Origin: an uncultured bacterium
Lineage (GTDB): Bacteria > Oederibacteriota > JAAXVQ01 > JAUVAV01
Direction of reading: 5' to 3'
Length of the DNA stretch: 64,000 nucleotides
Assembly: GCA_964630235.1 (NCBI GenBank)
Contig: CAZVUO010000001.1
Span: forward strand, 127,419 to 191,418
Shown: positions 1-8,612 of the stretch, piece after piece
Position numbering within the stretch: the first letter of the stretch is position 1
Layout of the letters: every line of letters starts with the position of its first letter
The notes under the pieces: model-generated
Told to the model about the DNA's origin: nothing
The model's input: only the letters and a program-made list of their open reading frames with translations
Databases searched by the model: none
Program-made: the position numbers and the translations under genes

Positions 1-528
<528 letters not shown>

Positions 529-630
529 CTAGGACGAGGTCTTGCCGGGGAGGGATTACACCCTAACCCCTAATGCCTCCCATGGTCTTTCGTCTCAAGC
601 GGTATCCCAGGGGTCAGGAAATAACAGTTT

Positions 631-755
631 ATGGAGCCCCCCGGGCAAAGCCCGGGGTACCAACTTCACCCCTCGCTACACCCTTTTGGCGACATCCCCG
701 AAGCAACGCTTCCGCATTCACCCCCGAGCAAGCTCGGGGTGCCCTGCGGAGGGGA
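631..755 (+). repeat. ~125-nt GC-rich multi-hairpin repeat element, copy A
   Basis: About 85-88% identical to the reverse complement of 6175-6300. Contains hairpins ccccgggc-aaa-gcccgggg, gaagc-aac-gcttc and cacccccgagc-aa-gctcggggtg. It is intergenic, between the gltX start and the bactofilin 3' end. Confidence 0.75.
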
Positions 756-769
756 CGGCCCGCGGCTTC
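746..769 (-). terminator. hairpin cccgcggctt-cctt-aagccgcggg immediately downstream of the bactofilin stop
   Basis: Perfect 10-bp inverted repeat just 3' of the minus-strand bactofilin CDS. Confidence 0.4.
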
Positions 770-787
770 CTTAAGCCGCGGGAGAAT

Positions 788-1177
788 TCATTTCCGGGCG
801 CGCAGAGGATCGAACTTCAGCTCGGGTTCGAACTTTTCAATTCCCATGTCGCAGTTGCCCTTGAAAATCACGCCGTCCGCGATGGCCACGCGCGGCGAGT
901 GTATGTCCCCCTGCAACTGGCCGGTCGGCATGATCTCGATCCGCTTGGAGGCGAACACATTGCCCGACACCTTGCCGGAGATCAGCACGGTCTTGGCCGT
1001 CAGATTGCCCTTCACGACCCCTTTTTCCCCGATGATCAGGCTTTCTTCGCTGGAAACGTTGCCTTCGATCTTGCCGTCAATGCGCACCGTGCCTTTGGCG
1101 TTGATCTGGCCTTTGATCTCCGAGCCTGCGCCCAGAATAGTATCCACGCCCTTGGCATTCGGGATTTCGTCGTTCAT
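788..1177 (-). CDS. bactofilin (CcmA-like polymer-forming cytoskeletal protein)
   Basis: 129 aa made of repeated G-x-V/I beta-helical motifs (KGTVRIDGKIEGNV..GEKGVVKGNLTAKTVLISGKVSGNV) with a C-terminal K/E-rich tail. Confidence 0.8.
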   Translation of the reverse strand: MNDEIPNAKGVDTILGAGSEIKGQINAKGTVRIDGKIEGNVSSEESLIIGEKGVVKGNLTAKTVLISGKVSGNVFASKRIEIMPTGQLQGDIHSPRVAIADGVIFKGNCDMGIEKFEPELKFDPLRARK

Positions 1178-1190
1178 CTGTCGGCTCCGT

Positions 1191-2108
1191 TTAGTCTTTC
1201 AGGTACTTCAAGGGATCAACCGGAATGCCGTTGAGGCGGATCTCGAAATGCAGGTGCGGGGCTGTAGAGCGGCCGGTGTTGCCCAAAAAACCGATCACTT
1301 GCCCGCGGCGGACCCGCTGGCCGACATTGACCAACTGGCGGCTCAGGTGTCCAAAGCGCGTGGAAAATCCGTATCCGTGATCAACGATCGCGAGTTTTCC
1401 GTATCCGCCTTCCCACCCTGAATACGTGACCACGCCGTCGGCCGGCGCCTTGATGGAAGTGCCCTCTTCATTGGCGATATCAATGCCCTGGTGAAACAGC
1501 GGACCTTCCTGGAAGGGAGATTGGCGCATGCCAAAACGGGAGGTCAGCCATCCGCGAACCGGCCAGGAGGAGGGACGCGAGGCCATGACCGAACGCTGGG
1601 TGGCGATGTACTTCTTCATTTCCTGGTAGGTATCCAGGCGCTCCTGGGCGTCTTTTTTGAGAAAAGACAAACTTTGATTAAATTCCTTTTGGGTCAGACC
1701 GGCTTTTTGGTTCAAGGTTCTCATCAGGTTGAGCTGGTCGGCCATGGTCGGCCCGCCTTCGCCTGTGTATTTGATCAATTCATTTTTATTTTGCATTTTC
1801 AGCATGGCCTGGAGTTCGTTCTCCATTTTAGCCACGCGTTGGAACGCTTCATGGGTATTCGCTAGTTCCTGTGCAAAAAAAGCGTTTTTCTCGGCCAGTT
1901 GGATGTTGGCCCGTTTGGTTAATTGGTAATCCAGATGGCGGGTCAGAATGTAGGAAGAAGAACCGATCAACCCCAGCGCAACCAGACCCAAGATGAACAG
2001 GAGTGTGTGGGAGATCCGCACCGAAAATATATTGCTTTCGTCGTGCGGCACCAGCATGAAGGTGAAGTAGCGCTTTTGTTTGCTGGATGTTTTTCCCATT
2101 TCTACCAC
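1191..2108 (-). CDS. M23 family (LytM-like) peptidoglycan metalloendopeptidase with N-terminal TM and coiled coil
   Basis: C-terminal HQGIDIA...GWEGGYGKLAIVDHGYGFSTRFGHL...GNTGRSTAPHLHFE, the M23 HxxxD / HxH zinc motifs; N-terminal hydrophobic segment. Confidence 0.85.
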   Translation of the reverse strand: MVEMGKTSSKQKRYFTFMLVPHDESNIFSVRISHTLLFILGLVALGLIGSSSYILTRHLDYQLTKRANIQLAEKNAFFAQELANTHEAFQRVAKMENELQAMLKMQNKNELIKYTGEGGPTMADQLNLMRTLNQKAGLTQKEFNQSLSFLKKDAQERLDTYQEMKKYIATQRSVMASRPSSWPVRGWLTSRFGMRQSPFQEGPLFHQGIDIANEEGTSIKAPADGVVTYSGWEGGYGKLAIVDHGYGFSTRFGHLSRQLVNVGQRVRRGQVIGFLGNTGRSTAPHLHFEIRLNGIPVDPLKYLKD

Positions 2109-2249
2109 CTAATTTCAGTCTCGGCCTTGTGCCGTAAATCTTAATATATCAATTTTATAAAAATCCGTCAACTATTTTGTCAGAATTGTCGTTTTTTATT
2201 TATCTATTGCGTTCCCGGAATGAGGCAGCTGCCTGGCACCCGAAAATCA

Positions 2250-3119
2250 TTATCTTAAAAGGGCTAAAATCCTGTCCAGATCTTCCAAGGAATAATATTC
2301 AATTTCGATCCGGCCTTTTTGAGCGTTGCGGGGAATGACGCGGACTTGAGTTCCCAATTTTCTTTTTATTTCATCCTCCAACTGACGGAGATGAGGATCC
2401 TTGATTTCCAGGCGCTTGGCACCCTTTGGTTTGGGCGCTTTTACCGGTTTCAGCCCCTGGGCCAGCTGCTCGGCTTCCCGCACGGACAAATTGTCCCGGA
2501 TAATCTTGTCCGCCAGCCGCTTCCGGGCCTCTTCGTCGCTCACGGCCAGCAAAGCCCGGCCGTGGCCTTCGCTCAGGCTGCCATTGCGTACCAGTTCCAA
2601 CAGCGGGGCGGACAGCTGCAGCAAACGGAGGGTATTGGCCACGGAAGAACGTTCTTTCCCGATCTTTTTAGCCAACTCTTCCTGGGTGAGTTCGAATTGA
2701 TTCAGCAGCTGGTTGAAAGCCTGAGCCTCTTCCACGGGATTGAGATCCTCGCGCTGGATATTCTCCACCAGCGCCAGTTCCAGACTTTCGGTGTCGCTGA
2801 TATCGCGGATCACCACCGGCACCTGGGCCAGGCCTGCCAGTTTGGCGGCGCGCAGCCGCCGCTCGCCGGCCACCAGCTCGTAGCGGCCCTCGCCGCGGGG
2901 GCGGACCAAAATCGGCTGGACAACGCCGTTTTCCCGCACCGAAGCGGTTAACTCTTCCAGTTCGTGGGGATGGAAATCCTGGCGGGGCTGGTGCGGATTT
3001 GGCACGATGCGGTCAACGGAAACCTCGGTCGGTGTGGAAGATGCGACGGGCGCGCCGTTCACGTCGCCGGAAACCGGGATCAACGCTTCCAGCCCTTTTC
3101 CCAATGCCTGTCTGCTCAT
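2250..3119 (-). CDS. parB: chromosome partitioning protein ParB/Spo0J
   Basis: [15 protein letters not shown] start; the [12 protein letters not shown] box and HTH region are present. The ORF-track start at 3257 is probably too far upstream. Confidence 0.9.
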   Translation of the reverse strand: MSRQALGKGLEALIPVSGDVNGAPVASSTPTEVSVDRIVPNPHQPRQDFHPHELEELTASVRENGVVQPILVRPRGEGRYELVAGERRLRAAKLAGLAQVPVVIRDISDTESLELALVENIQREDLNPVEEAQAFNQLLNQFELTQEELAKKIGKERSSVANTLRLLQLSAPLLELVRNGSLSEGHGRALLAVSDEEARKRLADKIIRDNLSVREAEQLAQGLKPVKAPKPKGAKRLEIKDPHLRQLEDEIKRKLGTQVRVIPRNAQKGRIEIEYYSLEDLDRILALLR

Positions 3120-3171
3120 GGTGCCAACGCCCCTTTGCCTGATATGCCCGCGTGGAGGTGTGGAAAAATGC

Positions 3172-3981
3172 CTAGACTTCCGCCCGCTCGGCTTCCGCGG
3201 AAGCCGGGACAGACGCCGTTTCGTTGCGCGCAATGACTTCCTCCGCCAGCCGCGCATACGCCAGCGCCCCGGGGCAGTGTTTGTCGTACTGCAGAATCGG
3301 TTTGCCGAAACTCGGTGCCTCGGACAGCTTGACGTTGCGCGGAATGATCGTGTCGTACACTTTGCTCTGAAACCGCTTCTTGATTTCCTGGATCACTTGC
3401 ACGGTCAGGTTGGTGCGCAAATCGCACATGGTCAGCAGCACGCCCTCGATCCGCAATTCCGGGTTGAGTCCGTTTTTCACCAGAATGATCGTCCGCAAAA
3501 GCTGTCCCACGCCGTCCAGGGCGTAAAATTCGCCTTGGATGGGAATCAGCACCGTGGCCGCGGCGGTCAGCGTGTTGATGGTCAGCAGACCCAGCGAAGG
3601 GGGACAGTCAATCAAAATATAATCGTACTGCTGCCGGATGGAACCAAGACCCTGACGCAGACGGGTTTCCCGGGCAATGACGTTCACCAATTCAATTTCC
3701 GCGCCGGACAGCTGAATGTTGGCCGGGGCCAAATCCAGGTTGGGAATTTCGGTTTTGGCGATAACCTCGTTGAACGGCTTGCGTCCGATCAGGACGTCAT
3801 AAATGCTGGTCGGCAGCTTCTCCTTGTCAAAACCCAGGCCGACCGTGGTGTTGCCCTGGGGGTCAATGTCAATGAGGAGGGTTTTTTTTCCCTGGGCGGC
3901 CAGTCCGGCGCCCAGGTTGATGGTCGTGGTGGTCTTACCCACCCCGCCTTTCTGATTGACAACGGCGATAACCTTGCTCAT
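3172..3981 (-). CDS. parA: chromosome partitioning ATPase ParA/Soj
   Basis: MSKVIAVVNQKGGVGKTTTTINLGAGLA deviant Walker A; full-length 269 aa. Confidence 0.92.
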   Translation of the reverse strand: MSKVIAVVNQKGGVGKTTTTINLGAGLAAQGKKTLLIDIDPQGNTTVGLGFDKEKLPTSIYDVLIGRKPFNEVIAKTEIPNLDLAPANIQLSGAEIELVNVIARETRLRQGLGSIRQQYDYILIDCPPSLGLLTINTLTAAATVLIPIQGEFYALDGVGQLLRTIILVKNGLNPELRIEGVLLTMCDLRTNLTVQVIQEIKKRFQSKVYDTIIPRNVKLSEAPSFGKPILQYDKHCPGALAYARLAEEVIARNETASVPASAEAERAEV

Positions 3982-4541
3982 GAACCACCCTGCGGCAAGG
4001 TGCAGGGTATGCAGACATCATGCCCCGCAGACATGCCACCTTGTTCTTCCCCAGCAGCCAGTAGATAGATGGCGAAGGGGTATCAACCTTCCACGACTGC
4101 TGGTTGACTCTCCGGGTTCTATCCGGAAAGGGTTAGAAGTAACACAGCCCACTGGGATTGTAAAGCAAATAATCCGGCCGCCTGGCCTGCGTCTTGGCCG
4201 CCGGGAACACTTCCCCGGGTCCATGGTCCCACAGGCAGTGCCTCCGCAACCCCATCCCGAAATTCCTCTCCCCGGCCTTCAGCTTCCACCGGGACCTGCT
4301 GCCGGGAATTCCCGTGGAGGAATGGAAAACCAGCGAGTGGAATAATGGTGGTGTGTGGATGTGGGTGTGGGTCCGGCGCCAGGCTCGCGCGGCCGAAGCC
4401 GCTTTTCCGGTGGTGGTACGGTCTGCAATGGCAAAGTATAACACATTTTACGAGGGGGTGCCATGGGGAACATCCTCGCCCGATTTATTTATGCAAGGAA
4501 TTTTCACCAGGCCGGTCCAATCATTTCAGGAGGTGTCTGCC

Positions 4542-6095
4542 ATGTTTGCTCGCGCGTTCAGCAGTGCGCTGTGGGGGATCGCAGCCAAATTGGTGCAGGT
4601 GGAGGTGGACGTGCGGCCCGGCCTGCCGGGGTTCACCATCGTCGGTCTGCCGGATGCCGCCGTAAAGGAGAGCCGCGACCGGGTAACCGCGGCCCTGAAA
4701 AACGCCGAACTCGCGCTGCCGCCGCGCCGCATCACCGTGAATCTCGCTCCTGCGGACCTGCGCAAGGAAGGGCCGACCTACGATCTGCCCATCGCACTGG
4801 CCCTGCTGGCGGCCTCGGAACAGCTGGAGCCGTCCGCCCTGGACGAGCACCTTATTTTCGGCGAGTTGTCCCTCGATGGCCGCGTCTGCCCGGTCCGCGG
4901 CGCCCTGTCGTTCGCGGCCGCGGCCAAACCGCACGGGTTCTCCCGCGTGCTCCTGCCGGCGGACAACGCGGCCGAGGCTGGCGTGCTGGCGGACAGCTCC
5001 CTCTATCCCGCGCGCACGCTGCTTGAGGCGATGGAGCACCTCAGCGGCCGCCGGCGCCTGGAAGCGTTTTCGCTGGATTGGGCCTCCGCCTTCCGGCAGG
5101 CGAGCACTTACAGCGTGGATTTCAGCGAGGTGCGCAGCCAGTTCCACGCCAAACGCGCGCTCGAGGTGGCGGCCGCGGGCGGGCACAATGTCCTGCTCAT
5201 AGGGCCGCCAGGCAGCGGCAAAACCATGCTGACCCAGCGCCTCCCGACCATTCTGCCCGACCTAACCCTCAGCGAAGCCCTGGAAACCACCCAACTCTAC
5301 AGCCTGCACGGACTGCTGCCGCCCCACAGCACGCTTATCCAGCAGCGCCCGTTCCGGTCCCCGCACCACACGGTCAGCGACATCGCGCTGATCGGCGGCG
5401 GGACGTTCCCCCGGCCGGGTGAGGTCTCGCTCGCGCACAACGGCGTGCTGTTCCTGGACGAACTGCCGGAATTTTCCAAGCACGCCCTCGAAGTCCTTCG
5501 GCAACCCCTGGAGGAGCGTCAGGTGACCATTTCGCGCACAGCCGCGGCCGTGACCTACCCGGCCCGGTTCATGCTGATCGCGGCCATGAATCCCTGCCCC
5601 TGCGGGTACTACACGGATCCCCACAAGGAATGTTCCTGCACCTTTCCCCAGATCCATAAATATCTCAGCAAGATCTCCGGCCCGTTGCTGGACCGCTTTG
5701 ACCTCCATTTGGAAGTGCCGGCCGTGAAATACCAGGAACTCGCAGGTGGACCGGATCCGGAATCTTCGGCCCAGATCCGCGCGCGCGTGATGGCCGGCCG
5801 CGCCCGCCAGCAGGAGCGCTACGCCGCGCACCCGGGCGTGCTGGTCAACGCCCACCTCACGCCGCGTCTGATCCGCCAGTACTGCCGCCTGGATCCTGAC
5901 AGCCAGCAGTTGCTCAGAACCGCCCTGGACCGTCTCGGTCTTTCCGCCCGCGGGTATCACCGCATCCTCAAAGTCTCCCGGACCATCGCCGACCTGGCCG
6001 ACAGCGCTGCCATCCAGGCGGAACACGTGGCTGAAGCCATCCAGTACCGCGCCCTGGACCGGCGGTTTTTCGGCCGCGCGCCGGCTTTGCGCTAA
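4542..6095 (+). CDS. YifB/ComM-family Mg-chelatase-like AAA+ ATPase
   Basis: MFARAFSSALWGIAAKLVQVEVDV... Lon-like N-domain, Walker A GPPGSGKTM, a C-terminal zinc-ribbon-like CPCGYY..C motif. AGGAGG lies 8 nt upstream of the ATG at 4542. Confidence 0.88.
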   Translation: MFARAFSSALWGIAAKLVQVEVDVRPGLPGFTIVGLPDAAVKESRDRVTAALKNAELALPPRRITVNLAPADLRKEGPTYDLPIALALLAASEQLEPSALDEHLIFGELSLDGRVCPVRGALSFAAAAKPHGFSRVLLPADNAAEAGVLADSSLYPARTLLEAMEHLSGRRRLEAFSLDWASAFRQASTYSVDFSEVRSQFHAKRALEVAAAGGHNVLLIGPPGSGKTMLTQRLPTILPDLTLSEALETTQLYSLHGLLPPHSTLIQQRPFRSPHHTVSDIALIGGGTFPRPGEVSLAHNGVLFLDELPEFSKHALEVLRQPLEERQVTISRTAAAVTYPARFMLIAAMNPCPCGYYTDPHKECSCTFPQIHKYLSKISGPLLDRFDLHLEVPAVKYQELAGGPDPESSAQIRARVMAGRARQQERYAAHPGVLVNAHLTPRLIRQYCRLDPDSQQLLRTALDRLGLSARGYHRILKVSRTIADLADSAAIQAEHVAEAIQYRALDRRFFGRAPALR

Positions 6096-6174
6096 CCCGC
6101 GTCCTTTTTTCCGCCGGCCAAAGATGATTGACACCCTGGTTGGCGTGCCCTATGATGAAGCGCCGTAATGGTCG

Positions 6175-6300
6175 TTCCCCTCCGCAGGGCACCCCGAGCT
6201 TGCGCGGGGGTGAATGCGGAATCGCTGCCCCGGGGATGTCGCCAAGAGGTACTAGCGAGGGTTGAAGTTGGTACCCCGGGCTTTGCCCGGGGGGCTCCAT
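6175..6300 (-). repeat. ~125-nt GC-rich multi-hairpin repeat element, copy B (inverted relative to copy A)
   Basis: Reverse complement aligns to 631-755 with a few substitutions. It is intergenic, between the yifB stop and the start of the O-antigen-ligase-like gene. Confidence 0.75.
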
Positions 6301-6347
6301 GCGGGTCTGACCCGCTATTTCCCAAGCCAACAAGGTGACACGCTCAG

Positions 6348-8612
6348 ATGGCCACACCCGCCGCTGTCACAGGGACCGAAGGACGCGTGATCCGCGCCTG
6401 CGATCGGATCATGGAATTTTTGTTCTATGCGGTCTTTTTCCTGGTCCCGATTTTCTTCATCATTTTAACGCGCGACCAGTTCGAACTTCCCAAGCTGGCC
6501 TTGTTCCGGATCCTCACGTGCTTCATGCTGGGCACCTGGGCCGTCCGGCTGCTGGCCAGCCGCCAATGGCGGTTCAAGGCCACTCCCCTGGCGGTTCCGC
6601 TCCTGGCGTGGATCGTGCTCCAGTTGCTGACCACTGTCATCTCCGTCTCGCCTTCTGTTTCCTACCGGGGAGAATACGAGAACTTCCGGGGATTGCTGAC
6701 GGTCCTGAATTACCCGGTGCTCTTCTATCTGCTGGTGCATTTTTTGCGCACCCGCCAGCAGATCAACCGCCTGTTCTTCGTCATTCTGCTGGCCGGCCTG
6801 GTCGTCACGTTCTACGGGATCAGCCAGTTCTTCGGCATTGACTTTGTCGCCTGGAACCCCACGTCCATCGCGCCGGGCCGGTATTTTTCCTCGCTGGGCA
6901 ACCCGAATTTCCTGGCAGCCTACCTGGCCATGGTCGTGCCCTGGACCATCGTGTTTTTTATCGAGACCCAGTCGGTCTTCCGCCGCGTCCTGCTTTTCAT
7001 CAGCTTTTTAGTCATGTTCTTCGCGCTGCTGGGCACCTGGAGCCGGGGCGGATTCCTCGGCCTGGTCGCGGCGCTGGCCGTGCTCGCCGCCTTCGGCTTG
7101 GCGCGCGCCGCTGACTGGCTGCGCCGGCATCCGGAAGGACCTGCCCAAGCCCTCCGCCAGGCGCCTGGGTTCCGGGTCTGGATCGCCCTCCTGGGGCTGG
7201 CCGTGGCCGCGCTGGTCACCTTGTCCCTGACATTTGGCCGACAGCACATGCTCCGCATGGCGGATACGATCCTGCATTTCCCGGACGCGGTCAAGGTCTC
7301 GCGGCTGCACATCTGGGGACCGGCCGTGGGCATGATCCGCGATTACCCCATCCTGGGCACGGGCCTGGACACCTTCAAAACCGTGTTCCCGCGGTATGCC
7401 ACCCCCGCTTTCGCGGCCATTGACGGCGCGAACGTATCCTCCCGCACGGCCCACAACGAAATTCTGCAGGTGCTGGCCACGCAGGGCGTGGTCGGGCTGC
7501 TCGTGGTCATATGGCTGACCGTGGCCATGGGCCGGGCGTGGTGGCGCGCCTACCGCCGTCCCGGCGCCAGCGAGCGGGACCGCCTGCTGCTGATCGGCAT
7601 CCTGGCCAGCTGGACGGCCTACTCGGTCCAGAACCTGTTCTCCTTCGGCGTCGTGTCCATTGACACATTCTATTGGCTGCTCGTGGCGGTCGTCGTTTTG
7701 CTCGGAATGTCCCCCGAGGAGCAGTCCCAGTCAGCCCTGCCCCAGTCAGCGGCCGCCAAACCCGGCGCGTTCTGGCGGGCGCTGCAGCCGTTCCAGCTGC
7801 TCGTGGGATTCTTGATCGCGGTCATCGCGCTGTTCGGCGTGTGGTTGAATTATCGCGCCGCGCTGGCGGATTACGCCTACAACCTGGGCACCGTGTACCG
7901 CCTGCAGGGCAATCTGGATTACTGTTTGCGGGCCTTCAGCACAGCCAGCCGGCTGGTCCCGACCGAGGTCAAATATGTGGTGTACGAGGGATTGGCTTAC
8001 GAGGAACTGGTGCGCACGGTGCCGCCGGAACGCCAGCAGCCGCTGATCCGGAAAGCCTTGGACGCCTACCGGCGCGGTGTCGCGTTGAATCCCACCAACG
8101 CCTATTACCTGGGCAACCTCGGCCGCGCCTATTCCATGGCCGCGGCGGCGGAACCCCAGAACCGGGACTATTACGAGCAGGCGGTGCATTACTTCCGGGA
8201 GGCGGTCCGCTTTGCCCCGGTGACCGTATTGTTTTACCAGAACCTGGCCATGACCCACCTGGCCCACGGGGAGAGCGACAAATTCCTGGAAGCCGCCAAA
8301 CAGCTCGCGGCCTTTGACCGCAAGGAAGCCGCCAGCCTGGTTTTCAGCGGCGCGAACCTGCTTTACAACCAGGAACAATTGGTCATGGCCAGGGAATGGT
8401 ATCTGACCGCCCTGGAGTATAAACCTGATTATCCGGAGGCGCAGTTCAATCTGGGTGTCAGTTACGCGCGCCTGGGCAACATCCCCGCGGCGCTGGCCGC
8501 CTGGCGCCGGGTCCTGGAGCTGCGCCCGGATTTCACTCCGGCCCAGGAAATGCTCAAGCGTTATGTTGCTCCGGGCGCGACGGCATCCAGCCAGTCCATT
8601 TTGAATCAGTAA
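6348..8612 (+). CDS. O-antigen ligase (Wzy_C)-like polytopic membrane protein fused to a C-terminal TPR domain
   Basis: About 12 TM helices, the RTAHNEILQVLATQGVVGLL motif typical of O-antigen ligases, and TPR-like repeats in the C-terminal third. An alternative start at 6411 (MEFLFYAV) is possible. Confidence 0.7.
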   Translation: MATPAAVTGTEGRVIRACDRIMEFLFYAVFFLVPIFFIILTRDQFELPKLALFRILTCFMLGTWAVRLLASRQWRFKATPLAVPLLAWIVLQLLTTVISVSPSVSYRGEYENFRGLLTVLNYPVLFYLLVHFLRTRQQINRLFFVILLAGLVVTFYGISQFFGIDFVAWNPTSIAPGRYFSSLGNPNFLAAYLAMVVPWTIVFFIETQSVFRRVLLFISFLVMFFALLGTWSRGGFLGLVAALAVLAAFGLARAADWLRRHPEGPAQALRQAPGFRVWIALLGLAVAALVTLSLTFGRQHMLRMADTILHFPDAVKVSRLHIWGPAVGMIRDYPILGTGLDTFKTVFPRYATPAFAAIDGANVSSRTAHNEILQVLATQGVVGLLVVIWLTVAMGRAWWRAYRRPGASERDRLLLIGILASWTAYSVQNLFSFGVVSIDTFYWLLVAVVVLLGMSPEEQSQSALPQSAAAKPGAFWRALQPFQLLVGFLIAVIALFGVWLNYRAALADYAYNLGTVYRLQGNLDYCLRAFSTASRLVPTEVKYVVYEGLAYEELVRTVPPERQQPLIRKALDAYRRGVALNPTNAYYLGNLGRAYSMAAAAEPQNRDYYEQAVHYFREAVRFAPVTVLFYQNLAMTHLAHGESDKFLEAAKQLAAFDRKEAASLVFSGANLLYNQEQLVMAREWYLTALEYKPDYPEAQFNLGVSYARLGNIPAALAAWRRVLELRPDFTPAQEMLKRYVAPGATASSQSILNQ

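Noticed and set aside
573-1421. Plus-strand 282-aa ORF whose N-terminus (GAPRAKPGVPTSPLATPFWRHPR...) resembles the minus-strand ORF 6092-6325
   Set aside because: The similarity is at nucleotide level, from an intergenic repeat present in inverted copies. The ORF then runs antisense through the bactofilin and M23 genes. It is not protein-coding.
4194-4541. In-frame 116-codon upstream extension of the yifB ORF
   Set aside because: No homology to YifB/ComM N-termini, which begin at the internal Met. The consensus AGGAGG RBS precedes the ATG at 4542.
3982-4541. Searched for parS (TGTTTCACGTGAAACA) and DnaA boxes (TTATCCACA) next to parAB
   Set aside because: No match within two mismatches was found by eye anywhere in the window. 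An origin or parS assignment is not supported.
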